From contig CAYWRA010000003.1 of NCBI GenBank assembly GCA_964460305.1, forward strand, positions 1 to 60,600: a stretch of DNA of 60,600 nucleotides, given 5' to 3'. This DNA comes from an uncultured bacterium. GTDB taxonomy: Bacteria > Auribacterota > Tritonobacteria > UBA1439. Below are positions 38,902-48,731 of the stretch, piece after piece; positions within the stretch are counted from its first letter, which is position 1, and the number at the start of each line of letters is the position of its first letter. A model generated the notes under the pieces. It was not told the DNA's origin and made no database searches. It worked only from the letters and a program-made list of their open reading frames with translations. The position numbers and the translations under genes were made by a program.

Positions 38902-38965
38902 ATTATGAAATCCAAAATCCAAAACCCCAAATCCCAAAATTACAGTTATAACGTGCGGTGGAAAA

Positions 38966-39790
38966 TCAAAACTCCACCCCGATAAAACGTTTGAGAAGCA
39001 TACCAAAGATGATCGCCATCAGGAAGTAGGCAATGCTCCAGTGCATCCGTATGCCGAATAAATTGATCCTGGAGGACCGATACTCTACCGAGATGGAATA
39101 CGCCGGGGAATCAGCAGGGAGGGGTCGATCGCCAGGATTGACGAGACTGTTAAGGAACGACTTCTTCGCAGTCACGGGATACAGCCTCTGCACCCCGTTG
39201 TCGATGACGATTTCTTTCCGTATGTCGAGGCCTCCAACGACAAACTCAAGATACTGGTCCCCGGTCTCCTTGACCCCGATCCTCCAATCCAGTTCTCCCT
39301 TTCCCGGAATGCGCATCGGCGGCGTCTCCAACTCAAGGCCGGGCGAGGTAGTAAGCCGCACCCCTTCCGCCGTCAGTGCCATGCCGGGCAATGCGTCCAA
39401 CGACGCGATGAACCTGTCGCCGGGCATCGGGCTTGCGTGTCCATAGCGCAACTGCATCTGGATGCAAATGAGCGCGATCGGCGCCAGCACCACTGCAAGA
39501 GGAACGAGCGAGTAGCCGACGTAGCGGAGAGAGCATGCGCACACATTCCCCAGAGACTTGATCACCTGTGACGGATCGTCCCTGAAAAGATATATCCCGA
39601 GGAAATGGCCCTGGACCTGTCTCTTGAGCCGCGCGATCGCAATCTGATTCGATACCAACTTATACACCGCCAAGATGACGACCGCGGTGAGCAAAGCCAG
39701 GAATGCCACACCCCATACCGGCGCCGCTTTTTGGAATGGAGCAAGAACGACGTCAAAGACCCGTGTTAGGATGTTGAAGAATGTGTTCAT
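38966..39790 (-). CDS. Membrane protein with DUF106/EMC3/TMCO1-like layout and an inserted soluble beta domain
   Basis: TM1 (GVAFLALLTAVVILAVYKLVSNQ) then an amphipathic/coiled segment and TM2 (PLAVVLAP); C-terminal HWSIAYFLMAIIFGMLLKRFIGV resembles the DUF106 end. The family assignment is by pattern only. Confidence 0.55.
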   Translation of the reverse strand: MNTFFNILTRVFDVVLAPFQKAAPVWGVAFLALLTAVVILAVYKLVSNQIAIARLKRQVQGHFLGIYLFRDDPSQVIKSLGNVCACSLRYVGYSLVPLAVVLAPIALICIQMQLRYGHASPMPGDRFIASLDALPGMALTAEGVRLTTSPGLELETPPMRIPGKGELDWRIGVKETGDQYLEFVVGGLDIRKEIVIDNGVQRLYPVTAKKSFLNSLVNPGDRPLPADSPAYSISVEYRSSRINLFGIRMHWSIAYFLMAIIFGMLLKRFIGVEF

Positions 39791-39865
39791 ATAAAATCCC
39801 AATCACATGATTCGTACTTCGTCGTTCGTACTTCGTTATTCGATGTACGAAGTGCGATGTACGCT

Positions 39866-40051
39866 TCACGACAAGTACCCCAGCCCCCGAAGTTTCTCCT
39901 TCACCTTTTCGGCATCGTCGCCCGAGCCGATGCCTGCGGCGGCTTTTTCGAGAACGTGCACAATGAATTCCTCCGCACTGGAATAGCCCGCCGCCGCGGC
40001 GCACTTTCCCAGCTTCTCGTACAAATCATTATCTATCCCGATTTTAGCCAT
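39866..40051 (-). CDS. Small ribbon-helix-helix-like protein with a C-terminal LRGLGY tail
   Basis: Strong RBS (GAAGGGAGAGGG); beta-alpha-alpha pattern KIGIDNDLYEKL..GYSSAEEFIVHVLE; ends EKVKEKLRGLGYLS. Confidence 0.75.
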   Translation of the reverse strand: MAKIGIDNDLYEKLGKCAAAAGYSSAEEFIVHVLEKAAAGIGSGDDAEKVKEKLRGLGYLS

Positions 40052-40078
40052 TGCATCCCTCTCCCTTCGTATTTCTCA

Positions 40079-40230
40079 GAAGGTGTGAAAAAATCGAGAC
40101 TGTGTCATTGCGAGGAAGCCCCGTTGTATGGGATGACGCGGCAATCTCTTTGCGACCGCTTAAAAACGAGATTGCCGCGCTCCGCTCGCAATGACAGTTT
40201 GTAGATGCTTTCAATTATTTCACGCCCTCT
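40079..40230. mobile_element. MITE-like palindromic element
   Basis: Imperfect terminal inverted repeats gaaggtgtgaaaaaat / attattttcacgccctc enclose gtcattgcgagg..gcggcaatct..agattgccgc..ctcgcaatgac. Degenerate relatives lie at about 310-372 and 16668-16690. Confidence 0.55.
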
Positions 40231-40236
40231 CTCTTC

Positions 40237-42237
40237 TCACATATACGGCAATGCCTTGATATTGTCACTGGATCCGGGCGGGGCTTGAAATACGTCATTC
40301 CCCACCATATCTTTCGGTTTCTCAATCCCGAACTCGGCCAGTATCGTCGGCGCGAGGTCGTACAGGTGCGGTTGCGCCAACGCTATCTTGCTGCTGGCGA
40401 ACAGGACGCCTGGCACCACCCCCGTCGCCCCGCAGTGGTCGCCGCTCCACTTCTCTTTGCTCACCGCGATGAGCTCCGCCATGACGTCGCCAAGCGCGCT
40501 CTCCCACGACGTCCGGTATCCCCAGTCATAGCCCACGATGATATCGGGCGCCGCGCCGACGTATTCCCCCGAATAAACATCTTTCGCAATGTGCGCGCAC
40601 TTCACCACCCTCGCGCCATTCGCTGGATCGGTCACCTTTTCGAGCTTTTCCTTGATCTCTTTCTGGAGCGCCTCAGCCTCGGCGCCGGAAGGGACGATGC
40701 CGTTTCTCTCCCTGCCGCGGAGGTTGAGATAAAGAGAGTTCAGCCCGAGCGCATATGCCCTCGTCCTCCCCCAGTCGACGTTCTTAAAGAGGGAGCCGGT
40801 TGCCGCGCCGTCCCTGAGAGTAAGGTAGCCATTCTGCATCAGCCACGTGTTGAGGCTGAAAGATTTATAATAGGGACCGAAGCCGTGGTCGGACATGACT
40901 ATGAGCGTCGTGCGATCATCGAATCTCGCAAACACCTTAGCGACCGTCTTATCCATCTCCTCGTAAATATTTTCGATGACGTCCCCGAGCCGCTCTCTCG
41001 CGGCGGCGTCATACATCTGGTGGTTCCTATCCCGGAGGTGCCAGAAGATGTGCGTGCCCAAATCGGTGCTCGAATAGTAATAGAAGAAGAAACCCCGCGT
41101 GAACTTCGAGAAGAGGTAGTCGAAGAGGCGGTGGTTCTCTTCGAGGACCATATGGAACTGCGTGTAGAACTCGTCCGTGGTAAAGGTGTCGTTCGTCAGG
41201 GTCTTGGTGTTCTCCGGCATGCCCTGCGTGTAGAAATAACCGACATTGTCGGCGATCTCCTTGGCATACCCTTTTGGCGTGTCGATCGGCAGGGCCGGAT
41301 GTTTCGGGTCTATGTTGATCGGCGTCACGTAGAGCCTGAAATGCGGAGCGACCTCCTTTAGATAAAACCGGCAGATCCCTTTCACGGAGGGGACCAGCGG
41401 CAGCGTCGGGAAGTCCAGGACGATCCAGTCGCTCCATTCCCCCTGAGAAAGGATGATGCGCTGCCCGGGAAGGTCGATCCTCGCCATGCGCTGCAGCGGA
41501 TCAAGGCAGGCGGTGAAATCGACCGTGATCTTAGGAGATCCCTTCTTGTAGCTGTTGCGCGGGCCGGCGATCGAGGACCGGACAACGTCGCCCACACAAC
41601 TAACGCGGGTGAATTCGGCCCCCGACGGATCCTTGGGGATATCGGAGGCGCACGTCGTGAAGTATTGGTAGATTCCGTAGGTCCCCATCAGGTCGGGAGT
41701 TCCCATCCCGGATACGCTCTTCGCCCCGCACTCCACGGGAGGGAAGTTCGACGGTATCTTGAATATGACCGCTGGGATTCCCTTCTCGGACAAATACTCC
41801 CAGAACGCCTTCCCCTGTCTCTTCAATACCACGGACCCGCTCGATAAGGGTATTACATATTCGCCGACCTTAAGCGTGCGCATGGGAGGGATCGTCTCGG
41901 AGGTCGAGAGATAGGGAAGGTAGGTGGAGGGATCCCTGTGGACGAAATCAAAGATCGCATGCCCCCCGGGGTTTTTCCCGGTGATGAAGTTGGACCAGGC
42001 GACGGGGCTCTGGGGCGGTATGCTCGACCAGAGGTCTTTGAAGCCCCCCATCTCGGCCAATTTCCTCAAGTTCGGGAGTTTGCCTTTTGCGAACATCTCC
42101 CGCACGATCCTCGGGTCCATTCCGTCGAATCCGAGGACGATCACTTTCTTATCCCCGGCCCACTCCGCACGACGGCCGCAGTTCAGCGACAGGAGACAGG
42201 AAAGGAGAACCGTCCCCAAAATTAACATTCTTTTCAT
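40237..42237 (-). CDS. AlkP-superfamily (NPP-like) protein with an N-terminal export or lipoprotein-like signal
   Basis: MKRMLILGTVLLSCLLSLNC; VLGFDGMD, PPQSPVAWSNFITGKNPGGH, DLGTH, MSDHGF, SGDH. Confidence 0.88.
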   Translation of the reverse strand: MKRMLILGTVLLSCLLSLNCGRRAEWAGDKKVIVLGFDGMDPRIVREMFAKGKLPNLRKLAEMGGFKDLWSSIPPQSPVAWSNFITGKNPGGHAIFDFVHRDPSTYLPYLSTSETIPPMRTLKVGEYVIPLSSGSVVLKRQGKAFWEYLSEKGIPAVIFKIPSNFPPVECGAKSVSGMGTPDLMGTYGIYQYFTTCASDIPKDPSGAEFTRVSCVGDVVRSSIAGPRNSYKKGSPKITVDFTACLDPLQRMARIDLPGQRIILSQGEWSDWIVLDFPTLPLVPSVKGICRFYLKEVAPHFRLYVTPINIDPKHPALPIDTPKGYAKEIADNVGYFYTQGMPENTKTLTNDTFTTDEFYTQFHMVLEENHRLFDYLFSKFTRGFFFYYYSSTDLGTHIFWHLRDRNHQMYDAAARERLGDVIENIYEEMDKTVAKVFARFDDRTTLIVMSDHGFGPYYKSFSLNTWLMQNGYLTLRDGAATGSLFKNVDWGRTRAYALGLNSLYLNLRGRERNGIVPSGAEAEALQKEIKEKLEKVTDPANGARVVKCAHIAKDVYSGEYVGAAPDIIVGYDWGYRTSWESALGDVMAELIAVSKEKWSGDHCGATGVVPGVLFASSKIALAQPHLYDLAPTILAEFGIEKPKDMVGNDVFQAPPGSSDNIKALPYM

Positions 42238-42611
42238 GATTGCACTTTTTACTTCCACAAAGAGTAAAAGTTAACCTGGCCTACTCACTAACCACCGATG
42301 CCATACTCCAACTTTCAACGTTCTTATCCACGTCCCAACGGGATCCCTTCGGGACGTGGATTCCAACAGTTCTCTCGATTTCTCTTTCCCTCTTTTACTC
42401 TTTGTAAAACAACTGCCTTGTTTTCTCTGCGTACTCTGCGGTGAGCTATTAACCTGATCTATTCATCAACTTTGATCGGCCGATAAATACTTACTGTAGC
42501 GTAAATAGTTATGCAAAACTGCCAACATTCCGCACCAGACTAGTCGGTGCGGGGTTAACCCCGTAGGGTGGATTATTCATCTCACATTTCAAACGAGATG
42601 AATAATCCGGA

Positions 42612-44711
42612 TTAAAGCTCCACCCCCAACACCTTCCCGTCCATGTACACCGGCGGCGCGATGCCGAAGAGGTCGAGGACCGTTGGAGCGATGTCCTGGA
42701 TGTGGGGCGCGCTAGAGCCGATCCTCCGGTTGCAAAATAACACCCCGGGAACGAACCGGTGGTCGATGCAGTGGTCCGCGCTCCATGCCCTCTCATTGTC
42801 CTCGATTACTTCGGCGCCCACCCGCCCGGTGACCGACTCCCACGATGCCCGATAACCCGGCCGGTAGCCGACGATAAGATCGGGTGCGTTTTCGGCGTAC
42901 GGCCCGCGATAGATCTCGCGCGTGTCGTAGACCGCGGCGATCGGGGTGTCGCCTGACCGCTCGTCCTTTAGCCCCTGAATCTTTCCGGCAATCTCCCTTT
43001 TTATCGCCTCGGCATCGCGTGGATCGACGAGCCCTTCGGCCTCCCTCCCCTTGAGGTTCAGGTAGATGCCCGATAGCCCGAGGGCGTATGCCTTCGTCTT
43101 CCGCCAATCGACGCCCTTAAACCATTCACCGCACGTCGTGGCATTGTCTTTCATGCTAAGGTATCCGTTTTTATGGAGCCAGGCGTTGACGTTCACACCC
43201 CTGCGGAACGTCTTGAACCCGTGATCGGAGAGGACGACCAGAACGTCTCCGGGCGAGAGCTGTTTCCTTACGCGGCCGACAAGCTCGTCCATTCTTGCAT
43301 AGAGATCCGCAATTATTGACGGGCGGGAGGGCTGGCCTTCCGGAAGCGCCGGATGGCCCGTGTCGAGATAGCGCCAGAATTCGTGCTGGATGGCGTCGGT
43401 GGCGTCGAAGACGCAGCAGAGAACACCCCGATTCACTTGCGCCATTGAACGGAAAAATATCTCTTCGAGCTCGGCGTGCATACGGTACGTCTGCTGGAGG
43501 AACGCGTCATCGGTTAAAACCTTCTCGTTGAGGGCCCAGGTGTCTTGCGGTAAGCCCAGCGTTGCGAAAGGCCCCGCAATTTTACTCAGATACACGGAGT
43601 ATATCAGCGGATGTGAAACGGGTAGCGCCGGTTTCTCGGGGTCGATATGGATGGGGGAAAGATAAAGCTCAAGGGACGGCGTCGTACGTTTCAGGAAAAA
43701 GTGGGCGATCCCGGTGATCGTCGTAGCAAGACCCGCCTTGAATTTCAGGCGGATCCAATCCGTCATCTCACCCTCGCGAAGCGTCCACTTGGCACGCCCG
43801 ATCGTCAACGTCGCCGTCTTCCCTTCCCCGTCCACCATGATCCTCAGGGGAATTCGCAAATCCCTATCCGGCTTGAACGGGTCCCGCGGGCCGGAGATAA
43901 ACGCGTCATAAACAGGGCCATGCCCATCGAGGCGCACAAGAAAGCCTCCCGTATATGACGTCTCGTGCGACGCCGCATCGGTGTAGAAGGCGAACGTCCC
44001 CTGTGAGCCCTTAAGATCCGGCGTGCACAGCCCAGAGAGGAGCAAACCCTTAAATCTCTCCGGAGGAAACGTGATCGGGACCTTCAGTACGATGCTAGGG
44101 ACCCCATGTTCACCTAGGATCTTCCAAAATGGAACGCTCTTCCGCAACATCTTGATCCGGGGCTTCCCTATGGGGAGTTGCCACCTGCCTAAACCCACCG
44201 ACCTGGCCGTCTCCGCGATCTCCGCCGAGGAGAGGGAAGGCATGTAGGTCTTTGCATTACGGCTTAGGAAATCAAAGATGTTATGCTTCCCAGGATTGAC
44301 GCCCGTCATGAACGACGACCATGCGACCGGCGATATCGGGGGATTGGTCGTGCGTAGGGGCGAGAAACAACCCTCCCGGCGCATGGCCGAGAGGTTCGGA
44401 AGCTTCCCCTCGTTCATATAAGAAACTGCGAGCTCTGGATCCAGACCGTCAAGACCGACGATGATCAGCCGCCCGACGCGCGCGGCGGAGAGCGCTTTTT
44501 TCGACCGGAGCTTCCTCACGCACAATCTCACCGGAAGAGTCAGCAGCACGACGATCGCCAGGAGAATCCCGCCGAGGATAAAGATGAACGAGCTCAGGAA
44601 AGCGAATCCCGCGCCCGGCCCGATATACCCCAATGCCGACGAGGGGAGGAACAGCGCTCCGACTGCGCACGCTTCCACGCAATATGTAAAATATTTACAG
44701 GGTCTTGTCAT
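42612..44711 (-). CDS. AlkP-superfamily (NPP-like) protein with an N-terminal YIGPGAG membrane anchor
   Basis: Signal-like segment, YIGPGAGFAFL TM helix, RKLRSKK; then VGLDGLD, PPISPVAWSSFMTGVNPGKH, DAIQH, LSDHGF and SADH. The 914-aa ORF call over-extends through repeats. Confidence 0.85.
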   Translation of the reverse strand: MTRPCKYFTYCVEACAVGALFLPSSALGYIGPGAGFAFLSSFIFILGGILLAIVVLLTLPVRLCVRKLRSKKALSAARVGRLIIVGLDGLDPELAVSYMNEGKLPNLSAMRREGCFSPLRTTNPPISPVAWSSFMTGVNPGKHNIFDFLSRNAKTYMPSLSSAEIAETARSVGLGRWQLPIGKPRIKMLRKSVPFWKILGEHGVPSIVLKVPITFPPERFKGLLLSGLCTPDLKGSQGTFAFYTDAASHETSYTGGFLVRLDGHGPVYDAFISGPRDPFKPDRDLRIPLRIMVDGEGKTATLTIGRAKWTLREGEMTDWIRLKFKAGLATTITGIAHFFLKRTTPSLELYLSPIHIDPEKPALPVSHPLIYSVYLSKIAGPFATLGLPQDTWALNEKVLTDDAFLQQTYRMHAELEEIFFRSMAQVNRGVLCCVFDATDAIQHEFWRYLDTGHPALPEGQPSRPSIIADLYARMDELVGRVRKQLSPGDVLVVLSDHGFKTFRRGVNVNAWLHKNGYLSMKDNATTCGEWFKGVDWRKTKAYALGLSGIYLNLKGREAEGLVDPRDAEAIKREIAGKIQGLKDERSGDTPIAAVYDTREIYRGPYAENAPDLIVGYRPGYRASWESVTGRVGAEVIEDNERAWSADHCIDHRFVPGVLFCNRRIGSSAPHIQDIAPTVLDLFGIAPPVYMDGKVLGVEL

Positions 44712-44986
44712 AAACCTGATCCATTTACCAACCGCCGCAGGAAAATCCCCCGCCTGCCAACCGGCCTCGTCCCAAAGGGATCCCTTGGGGCGGGCAAGCA
44801 AACCCTTTGCAAAATCCCAACTCCCAAACCCCAAATCCCAAAGTATGAGACGGAGAAACGGGGAAGGGGCGACATAAAGAAATCGCCGGCGATCCCCCGA
44901 AGGGGCCCCTTTGGGGCGTGGATTCCAGCGGTTTTCTTGGTCTCTCTTTTCCTCTTTTACTCTTTGTAAAACAACTGCTCCGCGGT

Positions 44987-46369
44987 TCACATGATCCCGT
45001 ACTTCTTCAACTTGTACCACAAGTTCCGCTCGCTGATCCCCAGGAGTTTCGCGGCGCGCGCCTTGACGCCATCGGCTTCCCTCAATGCCTTTCCGATCAT
45101 CTCTCTCTCGAGCGACGACACCGCCCCATCCAGATCGCCACGGGCCCCAGCCGCAAGGCTGGGGACACCCGAACTCCTCTCCGGCGCGCCATAGACGATC
45201 TCCGGCGGCAAGTCGTCCATCTCGATCCGGCCCGTGGCGTTCAGCGCCACGGCCCGCTCGATCACGTTTTCCATCTCGCGCACGTTCCCAGGCCAACCGT
45301 ACAGGCTGAGCGCCCTCAATGCACCCTCCGAGGGCGGGGCGACCTCCTTCCCCCACTCGCTGGAGTATTTTCCGGTGAAATACTCGGCCAGCGGCTGGAT
45401 ATCCTCAACCCGCTCCCGTAAGGGGGGGACGACGATTTTCACCACGTTCAATCGGTAGTAAAGATCCTCGCGAAAATTTTTCTCCTGGATCATATCTTTC
45501 AGGTCTTTGTTCGTAGCGGCAATAACCCGCACGTTCACGCCGATCGTTTCGGCGCTCCCCACCTTTTCGAATTCTTTCTCCTGCAGCACGCGGAGAATCT
45601 TCGCTTGAAGCGCCAACTCCATGTCGCCGATTTCGTCAAAGAAGATACTGCCGCCGTCGGCCTTTTCGAATCTCCCCGTCCGCTCGACCTCGGCCCCGGT
45701 GAATGCGCCTTTCACGTGGCCGAATAGCTCGCTCTCGAGAAGCGTCGCGGGGATCGCCGCGCAGTTCACCGCGACAAACAGCTTATCCCTGCGGACGCTC
45801 TTATCGTGTAGGGAGCGCGCGAGAAGCTCTTTGCCGGTGCCCGTCTCCCCGTAGAACAACACCGAGGCGTCCGTGCGGGCAAGCCTGTCGATAAGGGAAT
45901 GGATCTCCCTCATCTTTTTGCTGCACCCGACGATCTGCTGCCCCTCGTGCTGCTGCTTCAGCTCCTCCTTGAGATAAACGTTCTCTCTCCTCACCTTCTC
46001 AAACTCGAAGACCTTGGAGATCACCATCTCGATGCTGTCGACGTCAAAGGGCTTGAGAATGTAGTCACTCGCCCCCTGCTTCATCGCCTCCACGGCGCTC
46101 TTGATCGTCCCATACGCGGTCATGATCACCACGGGCATCTTCAACACCCTCCGCCTAATTTCCATGAGGAGATCGATCCCGCTCATCCCCGTGGGCATTT
46201 TGAGGTCGGTGAGCACCAGATCCACGCGTTTCCCGTCAAGGATCCTGATCGCCTCCTCGGCGTTGTCCGCCTGGAGCGATTCATAACCGAGCTCCTCAAG
46301 CATCATCTCCGCGAGCCGGAGCATGTTGCGCTCGTCGTCGACAACGAGTATGCGTTTTTTCATAAGCAA
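44987..46369 (-). CDS. Sigma54-dependent response regulator (NtrC/AtoC family)
   Basis: Receiver (ILVVDDE, TDLKMP), GETGTGKE, ESELFGHVKGAFTGA, FFDEIG, WPGNVREMEN, Fis HTH. Confidence 0.95.
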   Translation of the reverse strand: MLMKKRILVVDDERNMLRLAEMMLEELGYESLQADNAEEAIRILDGKRVDLVLTDLKMPTGMSGIDLLMEIRRRVLKMPVVIMTAYGTIKSAVEAMKQGASDYILKPFDVDSIEMVISKVFEFEKVRRENVYLKEELKQQHEGQQIVGCSKKMREIHSLIDRLARTDASVLFYGETGTGKELLARSLHDKSVRRDKLFVAVNCAAIPATLLESELFGHVKGAFTGAEVERTGRFEKADGGSIFFDEIGDMELALQAKILRVLQEKEFEKVGSAETIGVNVRVIAATNKDLKDMIQEKNFREDLYYRLNVVKIVVPPLRERVEDIQPLAEYFTGKYSSEWGKEVAPPSEGALRALSLYGWPGNVREMENVIERAVALNATGRIEMDDLPPEIVYGAPERSSGVPSLAAGARGDLDGAVSSLEREMIGKALREADGVKARAAKLLGISERNLWYKLKKYGIM

Positions 46370-46391
46370 AATCCCTTATTTACTACGAACT

Positions 46392-46533
<142 letters not shown>

Positions 46534-46545
46534 TCAGCATATCGC

Positions 46546-48615
46546 CTATCCCACCGGGAGTACGACGGTAAACGCGGTCCCCTTCCCATGATCGCTCTTT
46601 ACCTCCAGCCGCCCCTCATGTCCCTCCACAATCCTGTAGGCAATAGCAAGCCCCAGCCCCGAACCGCTCGCCTTGGTGGTAAAGAACGGGTCGAAAATGT
46701 TATCCACGATGCTCTCATCGATTCCCTCGCCGGTATCGGCCACCCCCGCCCACACCGTCTCTCCGCCATCCATCCCCGTGGATAGCGTGAGCCGCCCACC
46801 CTTCGGCATCGCTTGGATGGCATTGATGATGAGATTCAGAAAGACCTGACAGATCTGCTCGCGGTCCACCGGCGCCTTCGGGAGTCCATGAGTGTAATTC
46901 TTCACCACCTCAAGATTCTGAACGCGATGCTGCGGCCCCGCCAGCGCAAGCGCCCTGTCCATGATCTCTCCGATGTCGCAAGGCGCAACGTTCGGCACGG
47001 AGGGCTTTGCAAAATCCAGGAGGCGGGTCACCACGCGGTTGAGGCGATCGACCTCTTCGATCAGGAACCCCGCCAGCTCGTAATTCTGCTCCCCCGCATT
47101 AAAACTTCTCTTTATCATGTCCGCTGACGTTTTCATGATGCCGAGGGGATTGCGTATCTCGTGAGCGACGCCCGCAGCGAGTGTCCCAATGGCCGCGAGC
47201 TTCGCCGACTGGAACAGCTTCCTTTCGAGGGCGACCTTCTCGCTGATGTCCTTCGCATACTCGATCACCTGGACGACCCTCCCCTCTTCTTCCTGGAGGG
47301 GAAAAATGTATATCTGCATGTCCCTCGCCTTCTGGCCTGGGACACACCAGCGGATCTGACCGGCGGAGACCCTGCCGTCTTTGAAAGTGTTTTCGGCGGG
47401 GCATCCGGGGCACGGGGAATCGCTCCCGTTATATGAGCGGTAACAGGCCGCTCCTATGAGCTCTGTCTCTCCACGGTTAGCCATCGTAATGATGCCGGCA
47501 TTGGGGTTCACGATGCGGTATTCCCTATCGATGACCGAGATGCCGTCGGAAATGCCGTCGAAGAGGCGCCGCAACTGCCGGTTGGACTGCTCGAGCTCCC
47601 TCGTCCGCTCCCTCACCTTTTCCTCGAGGGCGCCGTATGAGGTCTTGAGCCTGAACGCCATCGTGTTGAATCGCTCGGCGAGATCTTCAAGCTCGTCGCC
47701 GGTATCGAGTTTCAGGCGGTGATCGAAATTCCCTTCTCCGATGAGCCTGGCGCCTTTGTCCAGTTCCATGACGGGCCGCGAAAAAGAGCGGGAGAGATAC
47801 AGCGCCAACACGAGACCGCAGGTGAGGACGATCACTGCTCCCACCCGCATGAATTTCCCCGCGCGGCGGTCGGCAAAGGCCGCCATTTCAACGGCCATGC
47901 TCCCCTCCCGTTGGGAGATCTCCCGCAGTTCTCCGATCTTTTCAAGCGCGCGCTCCTTCGCCCTTACGAGCTGGATGGAGCGCTCCCGCAGGCGGGATTC
48001 CGATTCGGATATCGTCGAGCTCAGCAGTTCGAGCTCCTTAAGCCGTTTCTGCGCGTCGCTGGTGCTCACCCCAAGCCAATCCTCGATAACGTTCAATCCC
48101 CCACCCGGATCACCGGTCGCCGGTCGCTCGCTCTTCTTGACCATTGCCTTCTTTACCGCCGAAACCGTATCCTGAATGATCTTATGGCCCTCCGCCCGTT
48201 CGATCGTATCGGCGAGAGCCAGGATCTCCCTGGAACTAACGTCAATCGCATCCAACTCGACTTTCAGCTCGCCGATCTTCTTCGCCTCGACGGCGCCGCT
48301 TTCGTCTCCTCCGTAGTCTTTCGAAATGAGATCGAGCGCTTTAACTTGTCTTTTATAGAAGAGGACGAGTTGAACGAAGGTGGCGCGTCGCGCTTGTTTC
48401 CCCGATACCAGATAATCCCCGAGCGCGGTCACAGCCCTGTCGATGGTCGTCTGAAGGTTCGCGACAAGGTTCTCCTTCTCCTGCACGCGGACGAGCCGCC
48501 GGTTGCTCTCGATCATGATGTGCGTCGAGATGAGCGCGAAAACTATCAGCGCGACGATGAGGGCGACCATCGCCGTGAAGCTAAGCAGTATCTTGGATTG
48601 TATGCTGATCTTCAT
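46546..48615 (-). CDS. Membrane sensor histidine kinase (TM-sensor-TM-HAMP-PAS-HisKA-HATPase)
   Basis: HAMP (DELEDLAERFNTM), H-box AAGVAHEIRNPL, N-box NLIINAIQAM, FFTTK, GSGLGL. Confidence 0.92.
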   Translation of the reverse strand: MKISIQSKILLSFTAMVALIVALIVFALISTHIMIESNRRLVRVQEKENLVANLQTTIDRAVTALGDYLVSGKQARRATFVQLVLFYKRQVKALDLISKDYGGDESGAVEAKKIGELKVELDAIDVSSREILALADTIERAEGHKIIQDTVSAVKKAMVKKSERPATGDPGGGLNVIEDWLGVSTSDAQKRLKELELLSSTISESESRLRERSIQLVRAKERALEKIGELREISQREGSMAVEMAAFADRRAGKFMRVGAVIVLTCGLVLALYLSRSFSRPVMELDKGARLIGEGNFDHRLKLDTGDELEDLAERFNTMAFRLKTSYGALEEKVRERTRELEQSNRQLRRLFDGISDGISVIDREYRIVNPNAGIITMANRGETELIGAACYRSYNGSDSPCPGCPAENTFKDGRVSAGQIRWCVPGQKARDMQIYIFPLQEEEGRVVQVIEYAKDISEKVALERKLFQSAKLAAIGTLAAGVAHEIRNPLGIMKTSADMIKRSFNAGEQNYELAGFLIEEVDRLNRVVTRLLDFAKPSVPNVAPCDIGEIMDRALALAGPQHRVQNLEVVKNYTHGLPKAPVDREQICQVFLNLIINAIQAMPKGGRLTLSTGMDGGETVWAGVADTGEGIDESIVDNIFDPFFTTKASGSGLGLAIAYRIVEGHEGRLEVKSDHGKGTAFTVVLPVG

Positions 48616-48731
48616 AAAGACAAATCCTAAACTCGAAACTCTAAACAAACCCAAAACTCGAAATCCAAAACCGACGGAAATCTGTTGGTTTTGAGTTTTG
48701 TATTTTGGATTTATTTCGGGTTTCGAGTTTG

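Noticed and set aside
42612-45356. 914-aa ORF call
   Set aside because: The first ~215 codons run through intergenic repeats and out-of-frame NtrC sequence. The credible gene starts at 44711.
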